Assembly: GCA_964504535.1 (NCBI GenBank) | Contig: CAZDED010000004.1 | Coordinates: 44,115-108,114 of the forward strand | Direction: 5' to 3' | DNA: 64,000 nucleotides | Origin: an uncultured Gammaproteobacteria bacterium | GTDB taxonomy: Bacteria; Patescibacteriota; Microgenomatia; Levybacterales; GWA1-39-11 | Part shown: positions 1 through 9,987 of the stretch, one piece after another | How the letters are laid out: each line of letters opens with the position of its first letter | How positions within the stretch are numbered: position 1 is the first letter of the stretch | Made by a program: the position numbers and the translations under genes | Notes under the pieces: model-generated | The model's input: the letters and a program-made list of their open reading frames with translations, nothing else | Told to the model about the DNA's origin: nothing | Databases searched by the model: none

Positions 1-615
1 GCAAATATATTCGGAAAGGGAATGAAATCTACATCCCTTCAACTTCCCCTTAAGGAATTCCAAAAAGTGTATGATGAGGTTCACGAAACAGGGCTTGTAG
101 ACTTAACCATTGATAAAGAAACACATCCCGTTCTTATTCAAAACATTCACACCCAACCAATCACACATATTCCGCTTCACGCTGATTTTTTCAAAGTAAA
201 TCTTAAAGAAAAAGTAAAAGCCACAATTCCAGTTATTGGAGTTGGTGAACCAAAAGCTGTAACTGACAAAATTGGCGTATTGCTTCAATCTCTTTCTGAA
301 GTTGAGGTAGAAGCACTTCCAGCTGATTTACCGGAACATATTGAGATAAGCGTTGAGGGACTATCTCAGATAGACGATAATTTGACTGTTGCTGATCTTA
401 AAGTGCCAACTGGTGTAGAAATAATGGCCGAGCCAGCAGAAATGGTGTTCCGAATTGCAGAACTTGTCAGTGAAGAAGCTGAAGAACTTGCTGCGGAAGA
501 GGAAGCTGCTTCTGAAGAAGGTGGAGCTGAGGGCGAAAAATCCAGTGAAGAAACCGCAGAGTCATCAGGTAATGAATCAAGCGGTGAATCTTCGGAAGAA
601 AAAGCTTCAGAGTAA
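1..615 (+). CDS. rplY: 50S ribosomal protein L25/general stress protein Ctc, 5'-truncated by the window edge. The frame is open from nt 1; the internal Met at 22 is not the real start.
   Basis: ...ANIFGKG / HADFFKV motifs and an acidic Glu/Ser-rich C-terminal tail typical of Ctc-type L25. The reading frame continues to position 1 without a stop. Confidence 0.75.
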   Translation, partial: ANIFGKGMKSTSLQLPLKEFQKVYDEVHETGLVDLTIDKETHPVLIQNIHTQPITHIPLHADFFKVNLKEKVKATIPVIGVGEPKAVTDKIGVLLQSLSEVEVEALPADLPEHIEISVEGLSQIDDNLTVADLKVPTGVEIMAEPAEMVFRIAELVSEEAEELAAEEEAASEEGGAEGEKSSEETAESSGNESSGESSEEKASE

Positions 616-987
616 CTATCCTCTACTAATAATCTCTTTTTTCAATTCGGTTGCCTTTTTGAAGGTTGGATCCAGCAGTAATGCTTTATTTACAAACTCC
701 TGTGCCTCTTTTTTCTTGTTGTCATTTAAAGCACTTAGTGAAGCATTATATAAAACGTCAGGAATTGTGGGATATTGAGTTGCCACACTACTCCAATACT
801 TATAGTCACGTGCTCGATTTTCATATTGCTCACGAGCTGAAAGAGTTTTACCGCTTAAGAAAACGAGTGTTTGAAGCAAAATGCCGGCAAGAATCAGAAA
901 CAATAGAAAGAAAAAACTCGATAACCTGTAGGCTATTTGACCATTATTCGGTAATAGATCGGTAATTCTGCGGAAATAATTTCTCAT
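616..987 (-). CDS. Hypothetical small membrane protein (single TM, TPR-like C-terminal half).
   Basis: ORF with a hydrophobic segment FFFLLFLILAGILLQTLVF and an LLDP motif; no recognisable family. Confidence 0.35.
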   Translation of the reverse strand: MRNYFRRITDLLPNNGQIAYRLSSFFFLLFLILAGILLQTLVFLSGKTLSAREQYENRARDYKYWSSVATQYPTIPDVLYNASLSALNDNKKKEAQEFVNKALLLDPTFKKATELKKEIISRG

Positions 988-1029
988 TTTCTTATTTTAG
1001 AGGGACAAGAAGCAAACTTCAAGCAAATT

Positions 1030-1266
1030 TTAAAAAATAAACAGATAAACAGTTGAGGCAAACACAAATACCACAGAAAGCAGAAATTGCGCTGTCATTC
1101 CAAAATGCACAGCAGCAGGAAGAGCTATGCTCATCTTATCCTCCATCTTATTTGCCTCTTTTATTTGAAAATAATTAACAAGCGCCACAATGCATCCTGC
1201 GAGTAAGAGAATTATTTTGAATGATATTATTACTGTTCCCATAATATTAATTACTTGTATAACCAT
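1030..1266 (-). CDS. Hypothetical small integral membrane protein.
   Basis: 78-aa ORF with two hydrophobic helices; overlaps the next ORF by 20 nt; weak support. Confidence 0.3.
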   Translation of the reverse strand: MVIQVINIMGTVIISFKIILLLAGCIVALVNYFQIKEANKMEDKMSIALPAAVHFGMTAQFLLSVVFVFASTVYLFIF

Positions 1267-1921
1267 ACGTTACATCGCCTAAGAAGCGATATTTATTATT
1301 TGTAAGTTCTCTGGCCCATAAGGGTTGTGCCTGCTGTTTGCGATCTGAGCCTTGGGCTTGATGAATTTGAGCAGAGAGAAGATTGGCGATAGTTCGGGGT
1401 GAACGAATATCTTTTATAATAAAAATCTCTTTATGAGTTGGTCTATCGAAAGTAACTTCAACGTTTCCAATCCCGAGCAGTTCTGGAATTATACCGTACA
1501 TTTCGACATCAATTTCAGTGCATCTGATTTGCTCTAGTAAAACTGAATTTATAGCGTGAGAGATGAGTGGGTTATAATGTACCTCTATCAATTGCTTTGT
1601 AGTTGCAATATACATATGAAAGCTCCAGTGAATAAGATCCCTTACCGCCAAAAGTCCTGTGATTAAAATGATAAGAAAAAAAGTTCCCGCCGCAAGAACT
1701 GTACTGTGAATGAGTAAAATAAATACAGATGAGCAGGCTGTTGCAATAAACAATCCCACAAAAGACTTTCTAATCAGGCGCAGAACAACTGGCAACCAAT
1801 GCTCCCTACATGCAAAGATTAACTCCTCATCATTGAATAACTTAAACTTCTCAACTTGAGCTTCTGTCAATCTATCTTTGAAGAACAGTTCCGTTTTTTT
1901 CATACTGTCATACAGTATCAA
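1247..1921 (-). CDS. Membrane protein with a bacterial PH domain (bPH_2/YdbT-like, DUF304).
   Basis: Two N-terminal TM helices followed by a PH-like region (GIIPELLGIGNVEVTFDRPT...), as in the YdbS/YdbT family. Confidence 0.5.
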   Translation of the reverse strand: MILYDSMKKTELFFKDRLTEAQVEKFKLFNDEELIFACREHWLPVVLRLIRKSFVGLFIATACSSVFILLIHSTVLAAGTFFLIILITGLLAVRDLIHWSFHMYIATTKQLIEVHYNPLISHAINSVLLEQIRCTEIDVEMYGIIPELLGIGNVEVTFDRPTHKEIFIIKDIRSPRTIANLLSAQIHQAQGSDRKQQAQPLWARELTNNKYRFLGDVTYGYTSN

Positions 1922-1968
1922 TTTATAATTTAAAAATCCGTAAGAAAGATTACAAAAAGAGTGTTAAG

Positions 1969-2661
1969 TTGCTAACATTTTTTTTACCTGATATACTGCA
2001 GCGAGAAATGGACTTGACTCCCAGTGAGAAATTAAAAAAATTTTTCGCTACTTCAAAACCCAGTCACTTTAAAAATGGTGAGATTGTGCTTCGCGCTGGT
2101 GACCAACGATCAGCTGCCTTCTATTTGAAAAGAGGATATGTTAAAGACTCTGCGTCTTCACGTGATGGTCGAGAATTCACACTTTTTATATTCAAACCTG
2201 AAGATATATTCTCCTACTCATGGATTTTTAACAAAATTCATAATGGCCACTCCTTCAGAGCAATGGGAGAATGTACGATACTTGAAAAGAATCGCGAGGC
2301 GTTCTTGCTTTTTCTTGAAACGAATCCCGATGTACAATTTATGATTGCTCAAAATATTGCTATTCGGATGAGAGGGCTTATGCAACGCATGGAACAGATG
2401 GCTTTTGGCAGTGCGACTCAAAAGGTAGCATCGATTATTCATATTCTTGGTGAACGCTTTGGTAAAGACGAAAATGGAAAGATCAATATTCCGCTGAAAT
2501 TAACGCAACAAGATATTGCTGATCTTATAGGAATCAGCCGCGAAACAGCAAGTATTGAAATCAACAAGTTAACAATTCAAAATATTCTTACTCATAATTC
2601 GGGACGCTATAGAATCATTGATCCAAAAAAACTTGTAAAGTATTCACATTTAACTGTCTAA
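1969..2661 (+). CDS. Crp/Fnr family transcriptional regulator.
   Basis: N-terminal cNMP-binding-like fold, C-terminal HTH (LTQQDIADLIGISRETASIEINKL). Confidence 0.75.
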   Translation: MLTFFLPDILQREMDLTPSEKLKKFFATSKPSHFKNGEIVLRAGDQRSAAFYLKRGYVKDSASSRDGREFTLFIFKPEDIFSYSWIFNKIHNGHSFRAMGECTILEKNREAFLLFLETNPDVQFMIAQNIAIRMRGLMQRMEQMAFGSATQKVASIIHILGERFGKDENGKINIPLKLTQQDIADLIGISRETASIEINKLTIQNILTHNSGRYRIIDPKKLVKYSHLTV

Positions 2662-2666
2662 CTAGT

Positions 2667-4430
2667 ATGTGTGGGATATTCGGGTTTGTATCACAAAAAC
2701 AAAAAAATGCATCAGAAATCCTTGAAGGACTCAAGTCTCTCGAATACAGAGGATATGATTCATGGGGAATTGCAATAAAAAAAGACACAAAAATTGAGAT
2801 TGAAAAACATATAGGAAAGATAGGGGAAGCAAAAACATCACTTACTACAACGACTGTAGGAATAGGACATACGAGATGGGCAACTCATGGAGGGGTTACA
2901 GTCAAAAACGCTCACCCTCACCGAGATTGTACCGGTCAGATTGCTCTCCTGCATAATGGTATTATCGAGAATTTTGAGGAACTGAAACACGAACTGATTA
3001 AAAAAGGTCATACATTCGTCTCTCAAACCGATACTGAAGTTGCAGTACATCTTGTTGAAGAAGAGTTAAAGACGAACGGTTTTGCGGTCTCAGTTAGAAA
3101 TGCTTTTAAAAAACTGCATGGAATGAATGCAATTGTGGTCATAAACGCTAAATCCTCTGAAATGATTGCGGCAAAAAATGGTTCCCCACTCGTAGTTGGA
3201 GTAAGTGCTACCGGATACTATTTAGCCTCAGATGCCGCAGGGATTGTTAGGCATACAAAAAAAGTTGTATTCATTGAAGATAATCAGATGGTAATAGTAG
3301 GCAAATCACTCCAAATCATTGATCTACTAACAGAAACCAAAATTATTCCCAAATACACGACGCTTTCATGGAAATTCGAGCAAAGCGAACTGGGAAATTT
3401 CAAACATTACTTCATTAAAGAGGCACATGAAGAACAAAAAGTTATCAACACTATTGCAAGAAACTCACAGAGAGATGCTGAGGAACTTTCAAAATATATC
3501 AGAAATGCAAAAGGTGTATTTCTCGTCGCATGCGGGTCTGCTTCATATGCTGCAATTGGTGCCACATATCTATTCTCAAAAATTGCCCATCTTCATGTTA
3601 ATTTTGCAATTGGATCCGAATTTAAATATAGTGAGGATTTTGTGAATGCTAAAACGCTACTTATCCCAATTTCTCAAAGTGGAGAATCAATCGATGTCAT
3701 TGAACCTGTAACGAGAATGAAGAAAAAAGGTGCCAAAATTGCTTCTATCGTAAATGTAGAGGGTTCTACTCTTTTTCGGATCTCAGATCATGCCGCACTA
3801 CTCAATTCCGGACCTGAAAAAGCAGTTGTTGCAACAAAAAGTTTTACAGCAATGCTCTCAATTCTACTACTAACTGCATTCACTTACGCTGGAAAGGAAA
3901 GTCACGGGAAATATTTGCTTCAAAAAGCTGCGATCAATGTGGGGGACATATTAACACCATCATATATAAAGATAATTGAAAAGTTGGCTCAGCACCTTAA
4001 TAAAAGTGAGCATATTTACATAATCGGTCGGGGATTTTCCTACACCGCAGCTCTGGAAACAGCATTAAAGCTTAAAGAAGGAAGCTTTATTCATGCAGAA
4101 GCTTTTCCTGGCGGAGAATTAAAACATGGAGTTATGGCGCTCATCGAAAAAGGTACACCCGTTGTTGTATTTGCGCCAAATGATGAGACATACGCAGAAA
4201 TTATCTCAAATGCTCAGGAAGTAAAAGCGAGAGGAGCATATGTTGTTGGGATAGGTCCCAACAAAAACAGCGTCTTTGATGACTTTCTAGCAACTGCTGA
4301 TCTTGAAGAAGCAACAATTCTTCCCCAAGTAACAATTGCCCATCTTTTAGGATATTACGTCGCTTTAGCAAGAAAAGTTCCAGATCCTGACAAACCTCGC
4401 AATCTTGCAAAAAGTGTAACAGTAAAATAA
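2667..4430 (+). CDS. glmS: Glutamine--fructose-6-phosphate aminotransferase (isomerising).
   Basis: N-terminal MCGIFG Ntn-amidotransferase start (catalytic Cys2) and two SIS domains; 587 aa; C-terminal ...KSVTVK. Confidence 0.92.
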   Translation: MCGIFGFVSQKQKNASEILEGLKSLEYRGYDSWGIAIKKDTKIEIEKHIGKIGEAKTSLTTTTVGIGHTRWATHGGVTVKNAHPHRDCTGQIALLHNGIIENFEELKHELIKKGHTFVSQTDTEVAVHLVEEELKTNGFAVSVRNAFKKLHGMNAIVVINAKSSEMIAAKNGSPLVVGVSATGYYLASDAAGIVRHTKKVVFIEDNQMVIVGKSLQIIDLLTETKIIPKYTTLSWKFEQSELGNFKHYFIKEAHEEQKVINTIARNSQRDAEELSKYIRNAKGVFLVACGSASYAAIGATYLFSKIAHLHVNFAIGSEFKYSEDFVNAKTLLIPISQSGESIDVIEPVTRMKKKGAKIASIVNVEGSTLFRISDHAALLNSGPEKAVVATKSFTAMLSILLLTAFTYAGKESHGKYLLQKAAINVGDILTPSYIKIIEKLAQHLNKSEHIYIIGRGFSYTAALETALKLKEGSFIHAEAFPGGELKHGVMALIEKGTPVVVFAPNDETYAEIISNAQEVKARGAYVVGIGPNKNSVFDDFLATADLEEATILPQVTIAHLLGYYVALARKVPDPDKPRNLAKSVTVK

Positions 4431-4431
4431 T

Positions 4432-5235
4432 TCAGGGAAGATTTTTTAAATAGGCAAGGGCTCCGTAAAGGCCACCCTGCTCATCAATCTCAGCCATTTT
4501 TACCACGGGAACTTCTGGATAAATCTTACAATGCTTCTTCAGATACTCATTTACTTTTTCAAAATTAATCCGCTGAGGGACTGACCCTCCAAGCACAATA
4601 ATATTTGGTGACCACATGACTGCAACATTATTAAGACCAACTGACACATATTCAGAAATTTCCTCCCATGCATTTTCATCAGTAAGTTCAAAGGGAGAGA
4701 CATCATACCTTTTTTCAATTGCACTTCCAGAAACAATGTTTTCTAGGTAATCTTGTCCATCAGGTCCGCTAATAAGCATGCTTCCGGGCTCAAAGCTGTA
4801 TTCCGTCGCGTCAGCCTTACCATTAGTGATCCGGCATCCCCCAACGCCAGTTGACAACGTCACATATGCAACTATTTTACTCCCTTTCCCTGCCCCATGG
4901 ACTGCCTCTCCCAATCCTACCATCACACAATCATTCTCGATAAATACATCTCCCCAAGCCTCCTTCATTTTTTCAAGAAGTGGGACACCAACCCAAAGGG
5001 GAATTGTTGGATGTTCAAAAAGTGTTCCATTTTTTTTGTTATAAGACCTAACTCCACCAACAACTGCGTGATACTTTTCACCATTAGCAAAATCGGAAGC
5101 AACACTTTTCATTTGCTCCATTGCCTGATCAAAATCGTGATTTGTCGGAAAAAGCTTTACATCATCAATCTTATCCCCAGTATACGAAACAGCAAAACGA
5201 GTCGTTGTGCCACCAATATCGAAAAGTAAAAACAT
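4432..5235 (-). CDS. ROK/BadF-type sugar kinase, possibly glucokinase or GlcNAc kinase.
   Basis: N-terminal FDIGGTTTRFAV ATPase motif and ROK-like LSTGVGGCRI. Lacks the Zn-binding Cys cluster. Adjacent and convergent to glmS. Confidence 0.6.
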   Translation of the reverse strand: MFLLFDIGGTTTRFAVSYTGDKIDDVKLFPTNHDFDQAMEQMKSVASDFANGEKYHAVVGGVRSYNKKNGTLFEHPTIPLWVGVPLLEKMKEAWGDVFIENDCVMVGLGEAVHGAGKGSKIVAYVTLSTGVGGCRITNGKADATEYSFEPGSMLISGPDGQDYLENIVSGSAIEKRYDVSPFELTDENAWEEISEYVSVGLNNVAVMWSPNIIVLGGSVPQRINFEKVNEYLKKHCKIYPEVPVVKMAEIDEQGGLYGALAYLKNLP

Positions 5236-5270
5236 ATGATTTTAGTGTAGCACAGAAGAAAATTTGAAAG

Positions 5271-7382
5271 CTAGGCTTGCGGGCAGGAGGATATCATTAT
5301 TGAATCTTGCGAATTATTTACCTTCCTATATATCTCGTCTGTCACAAAGGGCATTATTGGATGAAGAAGTTTTAAAATTGTAGAGTAAACGAATTCTAAA
5401 GTAGGCTGAGCTTCTGCTCTTCTGTCTTTTGTCGATTCAATATACTTATCGGCAAATTCATGCCATGTGAATTCATAAAGAAGTTCTGAGATGTCATTAA
5501 ATCTATAAGAAGCATATGCTGCGTCAATAGTTTTTATAACCTCATTAAGCTTTGCAACAATAGCCTTGTCGTCTGCATGGTCAGATATTTCACTCTGAGA
5601 ATCGTCAGGTTTAAAATCGATGATAAATCTACCCATATTCCACAATTTATTTGTAAAGCGACGAGCCGCTTCCAATTTTGGATAAGAAAGCGCTTGATCA
5701 TTACCAAGAGCCGTCCCATAGACGAGTGCAAATCTCACTGCATCAGCTCCATATTGATCGACCAGTTCTAGTGGATTTACAACATTTCCCTTACTTTTAC
5801 TCATTTTCTTTCCCAACGGATCATTAACCAATCCGTGAAGAACTACATTTTTAAAAGGAACTTTGCCAGTGGCATAAAGCCCCATCATCATCATACGAGC
5901 AACCCACCAACGAAGAATGTCGTACCCTGTTTCCATAACGGATGTTGGATAAAAGGTTTGGAAATCTCCACTTTGTGTAGTTTGAAGAGTCGCAAATGGC
6001 CATTGCGATGAGGAGAACCACGTGTCAAACGTGTCGTTGTCTTGTTGCCACTCCTCACCAGACGGAACCTCTCCTTCCGTTACCATCCACTCTCCGGTTT
6101 TTTTATTTTTCCAAGCAGGGATTCTGATCCCCCACACAACTTGTCTTGAAATATTCCAATCACGAATGTTTTCTAAAAATTGAAAATACAATTTATCAAA
6201 ACTTGCAGGATATATTTTGGTATCACCTTTTTTTACCGCTTCAATTGCTGGACCAGCTAATGGCTCCATTTTTATGAACCACTGCTCCAACGGAAGCGGC
6301 TCTAAAACATTATTACATTTGTAACAAAGCCCGATTCTATGCTTGTAATTCTCGTCGATATTAATGAGCAAATCGTCTTCTTTAAAGTCTTCAACCATGA
6401 GCTTTCTAACCTGCTTCACATATTGTCCATGATACTTCTCTGCTCTTGCTCTGTATTTTGGACTAACATCTTTTTTCTCGAGAAACCAAGAAAAATCCAT
6501 TTTCCCGTCAAACCCAATAATTGGGGTGACTGGCAATCCATATTTTTTCCCCAACTCAAAATCATGAGGGTCATGCGCTGGAGTAACCTTCATTATTCCC
6601 GTCCCAAATTCTGGATCAACTTCAGAGTCAGCGATAATCTTCATTTTAACTGGTCCCAAAAGTCCCATAATCTCATACTCTTTCCCAATTTCATCTTTAT
6701 ATCTTGGGTCATCAGGATTGACAGCTAACGCTGTGTCTCTAAATTTTGTTTCGGGTCTTACGGTTCCTATAACAAAGGGTCCGTATTTAATTTTATAAAA
6801 AGGACTGGTTCTCTCTTCATACACCACTTCCAAATCTGAAAATGAAGTTCCATCAAAAGTACAATAATTAACTAACCTGTTGTCTCTATATACTAACCCT
6901 TCATCATGGAGTTTTTTAAAATTCTTATATACGATAGCAACGATTTCTGGATCGATTGTGAGTTTTTTTCTCGACCAGTCGAGTGAAAATCCCATTTTTC
7001 GAAGTTGATTTTCCATTACTGGCCTGTTTCCTTGCACAAATTCTAAAATCATTTTGTATAGAGTGTCGCGGTCGTAATCAAACCTACTCTTCCCCTCCAA
7101 TGCTAGCCTTTTTTCAAAAACAAATTGGGTCTCAAATCCTGCATGATCCGCTCCCGGCTCCCAGAGAGTTTTAAACCCTTTCATTCTGTGGTAGCGGACA
7201 AGAATGTCTTCGATAACGTACATGGCGTGCCCGAAATGTAATGGGGCGTTGGCATTTGGGGGCGGAAGAATTATAGAATAGGGCTCCCCCCCTGGATTTA
7301 CCTCGGGCTTGAAGTATCCTTTCTCTTCCCATTCCTTATAAAGAGCATCCTCTACTTTTGTATGATCGTACACTTTGTCCAT
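5271..7382 (-). CDS. valS: Class I aminoacyl-tRNA synthetase, most likely valyl-tRNA synthetase (compact form).
   Basis: PPPNANAPLHFGHA (HIGH region of ValRS/IleRS/LeuRS type, PPPN as in ValRS) and KMSKSKGN. At 703 aa it is shorter than canonical ValRS. Confidence 0.55.
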   Translation of the reverse strand: MDKVYDHTKVEDALYKEWEEKGYFKPEVNPGGEPYSIILPPPNANAPLHFGHAMYVIEDILVRYHRMKGFKTLWEPGADHAGFETQFVFEKRLALEGKSRFDYDRDTLYKMILEFVQGNRPVMENQLRKMGFSLDWSRKKLTIDPEIVAIVYKNFKKLHDEGLVYRDNRLVNYCTFDGTSFSDLEVVYEERTSPFYKIKYGPFVIGTVRPETKFRDTALAVNPDDPRYKDEIGKEYEIMGLLGPVKMKIIADSEVDPEFGTGIMKVTPAHDPHDFELGKKYGLPVTPIIGFDGKMDFSWFLEKKDVSPKYRARAEKYHGQYVKQVRKLMVEDFKEDDLLINIDENYKHRIGLCYKCNNVLEPLPLEQWFIKMEPLAGPAIEAVKKGDTKIYPASFDKLYFQFLENIRDWNISRQVVWGIRIPAWKNKKTGEWMVTEGEVPSGEEWQQDNDTFDTWFSSSQWPFATLQTTQSGDFQTFYPTSVMETGYDILRWWVARMMMMGLYATGKVPFKNVVLHGLVNDPLGKKMSKSKGNVVNPLELVDQYGADAVRFALVYGTALGNDQALSYPKLEAARRFTNKLWNMGRFIIDFKPDDSQSEISDHADDKAIVAKLNEVIKTIDAAYASYRFNDISELLYEFTWHEFADKYIESTKDRRAEAQPTLEFVYSTILKLLHPIMPFVTDEIYRKVNNSQDSIMISSCPQA

Positions 7383-7490
7383 TTCCCAATTCTACCATGA
7401 GGCTAAGTTGGCTTCAACAAACTGATACAGTTAGACTGCTTGCGCCTCTTTTTTTATTTTGCTACATTTTAATTAAGCATTCATCTATAA

Positions 7491-8063
7491 ATGGCCAACG
7501 TAGAAACAACTACATCTGATCGACTAGCTCCAATTTCTACAAATAGACCTCGTTCAAAAACACTTGCTGAACTCGCACCATGTTTTACACCCTTTGGCAG
7601 AGAGAAAGTTTTTGCCGAAGGAAGCGTTTTTGAAATGCCTTCCACCGAGGGCCAGCTTGCTGTTTGGGGGGTTGTGAAGAGATCTCCTGACCACCAACGA
7701 GTAACGGCAATAAATAAAATTCTTGTTGTACCAGATCAAAACGGAGATGAAGTGTGGGTGGTACCTGAACAACCAGGGAAGGAAGACCGTTCGAAACGAT
7801 TTAGATTCATGCAGGATCGCGGACTAGAAATATCTCTTTTTAATGGAAGCGTATTGCAGGCAGAATATGATTTGGACACCGGACAGCTACGAAGCTATTC
7901 AAGCTCAGAACACACAGAAGAGGTTCCTACGGTACTTCCTCCAAAAGAACTCTCCGGAGTTTTAGATACCATGAGTTGCCTCGTATCTGGGATTCCACTC
8001 GAACTAACCACTCTTCAATCGTTAGTTAATTTCCCCCGCGACCACAAACTCGAAAGCTTCTAA
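7491..8063 (+). CDS. Hypothetical protein with no recognisable domain; GC somewhat above local background.
   Basis: 190-aa ORF with uniform coding signal and no family recognised. Confidence 0.4.
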   Translation: MANVETTTSDRLAPISTNRPRSKTLAELAPCFTPFGREKVFAEGSVFEMPSTEGQLAVWGVVKRSPDHQRVTAINKILVVPDQNGDEVWVVPEQPGKEDRSKRFRFMQDRGLEISLFNGSVLQAEYDLDTGQLRSYSSSEHTEEVPTVLPPKELSGVLDTMSCLVSGIPLELTTLQSLVNFPRDHKLESF

Positions 8064-8103
8064 TTTACTTGTAAGATTATCTCCCCCTCTATATACTTTT
8101 CAT

Positions 8104-9360
8104 ATGCAGCGCTTTTCCGGGCTTGAGCTAAAATCAGTTTCTCTAAATACTCTTGTCCAATTTTTGATACGTATCTCTACAAGCATCCCAACCTTGATTG
8201 CGACACTACTTATCGCTTATTTTGCTGGCTATGAAACGCTTGGGAGTTTTACAAAGATAGTGGCATTCGTTTCCATCTTTTATCTGATCTTAGATTTTGG
8301 CATGAATTCCATTTTTATAAAGGAGCACTACGAAAATATTGGTAAGTATTTTGGGAATCTCATCATTCTCCGCCTACTCTTCTCTTTTCTCCTGATACCA
8401 CTCATCGCTTTTCTTGCACAACTACTTCCAGAAAACAAATTGGCAGGCACCGGGTTTTCAGAAATTGAAAAATACGGAATTATAATATACTCTTTGACTC
8501 TTATTGTTATTGGAATAAATATTTCACTCCAAGCATTTCTTCAAAGAAAACTCTCCTATTCTGTTTCTCTTATCCCAAGCGTTCTTTCATCAATTGTTTT
8601 ATTAGTGTTTATTCTTTTTGCCGTATCTCAAAAAAATCTCTCTCTGCTTTTACTTTCATACATCGTTTCTGGATCCGTTCTTGTCTCAACACTCTTTCTT
8701 GTCATGAAGAAAAAGTACAACCTTAACATTAAAAAAACATCAAACTTTAATTCTTTTTCAATGAATCTAGTTATTGCATCACTACCGCTTGGGATGATGC
8801 TTTTTTTCAATTTGCTTTATGCAAAAGCTGACATATTTATATTGTCTATTTATCGCCCAACAGTAGACGTTGGTGTATATGGAATTTCATATAAATTCTT
8901 TGAAATACTATTGGCGTTTCCAGCATATCTTGCAAATAGCGTATATCCTCTCCTTCTTAAAGAAAGCAAGAATCCCAAATCGTATAAACCGTTAATTAAA
9001 CGCTACTCCGCACTTTTCATTTTTCTATCTTTAGGAATTACATTTGGTGCTTTTTTTGGTGCTCCTCTCATGTCAATTATCAAAAATGATTTTTCAAAAT
9101 CAGTGTTACCTTTCCAAATACTTGCCCTCTCTCTTCCGTTCTTTTTTATGACAAGTCTATTGCAATGGCATTTCGTAATAAATAATAAACTGAAATTTCT
9201 TGTTCCCTTGTATGGAGGAGCGCTCCTTCTCAATGTTGTTCTGAACATTATTTTTGTTCCAAAGTATAGTTATAGTGCCGCCGCAATCGCTACGGGAATT
9301 TCTGAAGCCCTAGTTTTTCTCTTCATGCTGTGGTATTTTGTAAGAAGTAAAAAAGCTTAA
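8104..9360 (+). CDS. MOP-superfamily polysaccharide/lipid-linked oligosaccharide flippase (Wzx/MurJ-like).
   Basis: About 12-14 predicted TM helices over 418 aa; typical polysaccharide-biosynthesis-protein organisation; sits next to cell-wall genes. Confidence 0.6.
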   Translation: MQRFSGLELKSVSLNTLVQFLIRISTSIPTLIATLLIAYFAGYETLGSFTKIVAFVSIFYLILDFGMNSIFIKEHYENIGKYFGNLIILRLLFSFLLIPLIAFLAQLLPENKLAGTGFSEIEKYGIIIYSLTLIVIGINISLQAFLQRKLSYSVSLIPSVLSSIVLLVFILFAVSQKNLSLLLLSYIVSGSVLVSTLFLVMKKKYNLNIKKTSNFNSFSMNLVIASLPLGMMLFFNLLYAKADIFILSIYRPTVDVGVYGISYKFFEILLAFPAYLANSVYPLLLKESKNPKSYKPLIKRYSALFIFLSLGITFGAFFGAPLMSIIKNDFSKSVLPFQILALSLPFFFMTSLLQWHFVINNKLKFLVPLYGGALLLNVVLNIIFVPKYSYSAAAIATGISEALVFLFMLWYFVRSKKA

Positions 9361-9409
9361 TATGACAGGCTTTTCGGTTACCACCATCGAAAAAAACTGC
9401 AATGCATAA

Positions 9410-9832
9410 ATGAAACCACATTCAAAACTCATCATTTACGGAGACGGAGGATCTCGGGGGAATCCTGGGGAAGCAGCCTATGGATTTGCCGTCTTTGATG
9501 AGGATAATAATCAGATATATGGAGAAGGAAAAAGAATTGGTGTTAACACCAACAATGTTGCAGAATACTCCGCAGTTATCAATGCATTCCGATGGGTTAT
9601 AGAACACTATCCTAATATTGAAGAGTTAGTCTTTCGTCTAGATTCACTTCTGGTTGCCCGCCAAATGGATGGCAAATTTAAAGTGAAGCACCCCAACATG
9701 CGGGAACTGTTTATTATGGCAAAAAGACTTGAATCACAATTATCAGCTCAAATTATATATTCTCAGATTCCACGCGAACAAAATAAGACAGCTGACCAAT
9801 TAGTGAATGATGCATTGGATTATAAAATTTGA
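9410..9832 (+). CDS. rnhA: Ribonuclease HI.
   Basis: YGDGGSRGNPGEAAYG start, AEYSAV and C-terminal ADQLVNDAL motifs of the RNase H type-1 fold. Confidence 0.8.
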   Translation: MKPHSKLIIYGDGGSRGNPGEAAYGFAVFDEDNNQIYGEGKRIGVNTNNVAEYSAVINAFRWVIEHYPNIEELVFRLDSLLVARQMDGKFKVKHPNMRELFIMAKRLESQLSAQIIYSQIPREQNKTADQLVNDALDYKI

Positions 9833-9987
9833 AGCTGTCTTGGCTACGCTAATGCAGCTGACGGCCTTGTAAATAATGCGCTTGACTTCAAAATTTAACG
9901 GTTCTACTTAATTTGAGTATGTAACCCAATTCCCGCACTACGTTCAAAATACTCGACAAGCGGTAATTATATCTCTACAATTAATGT

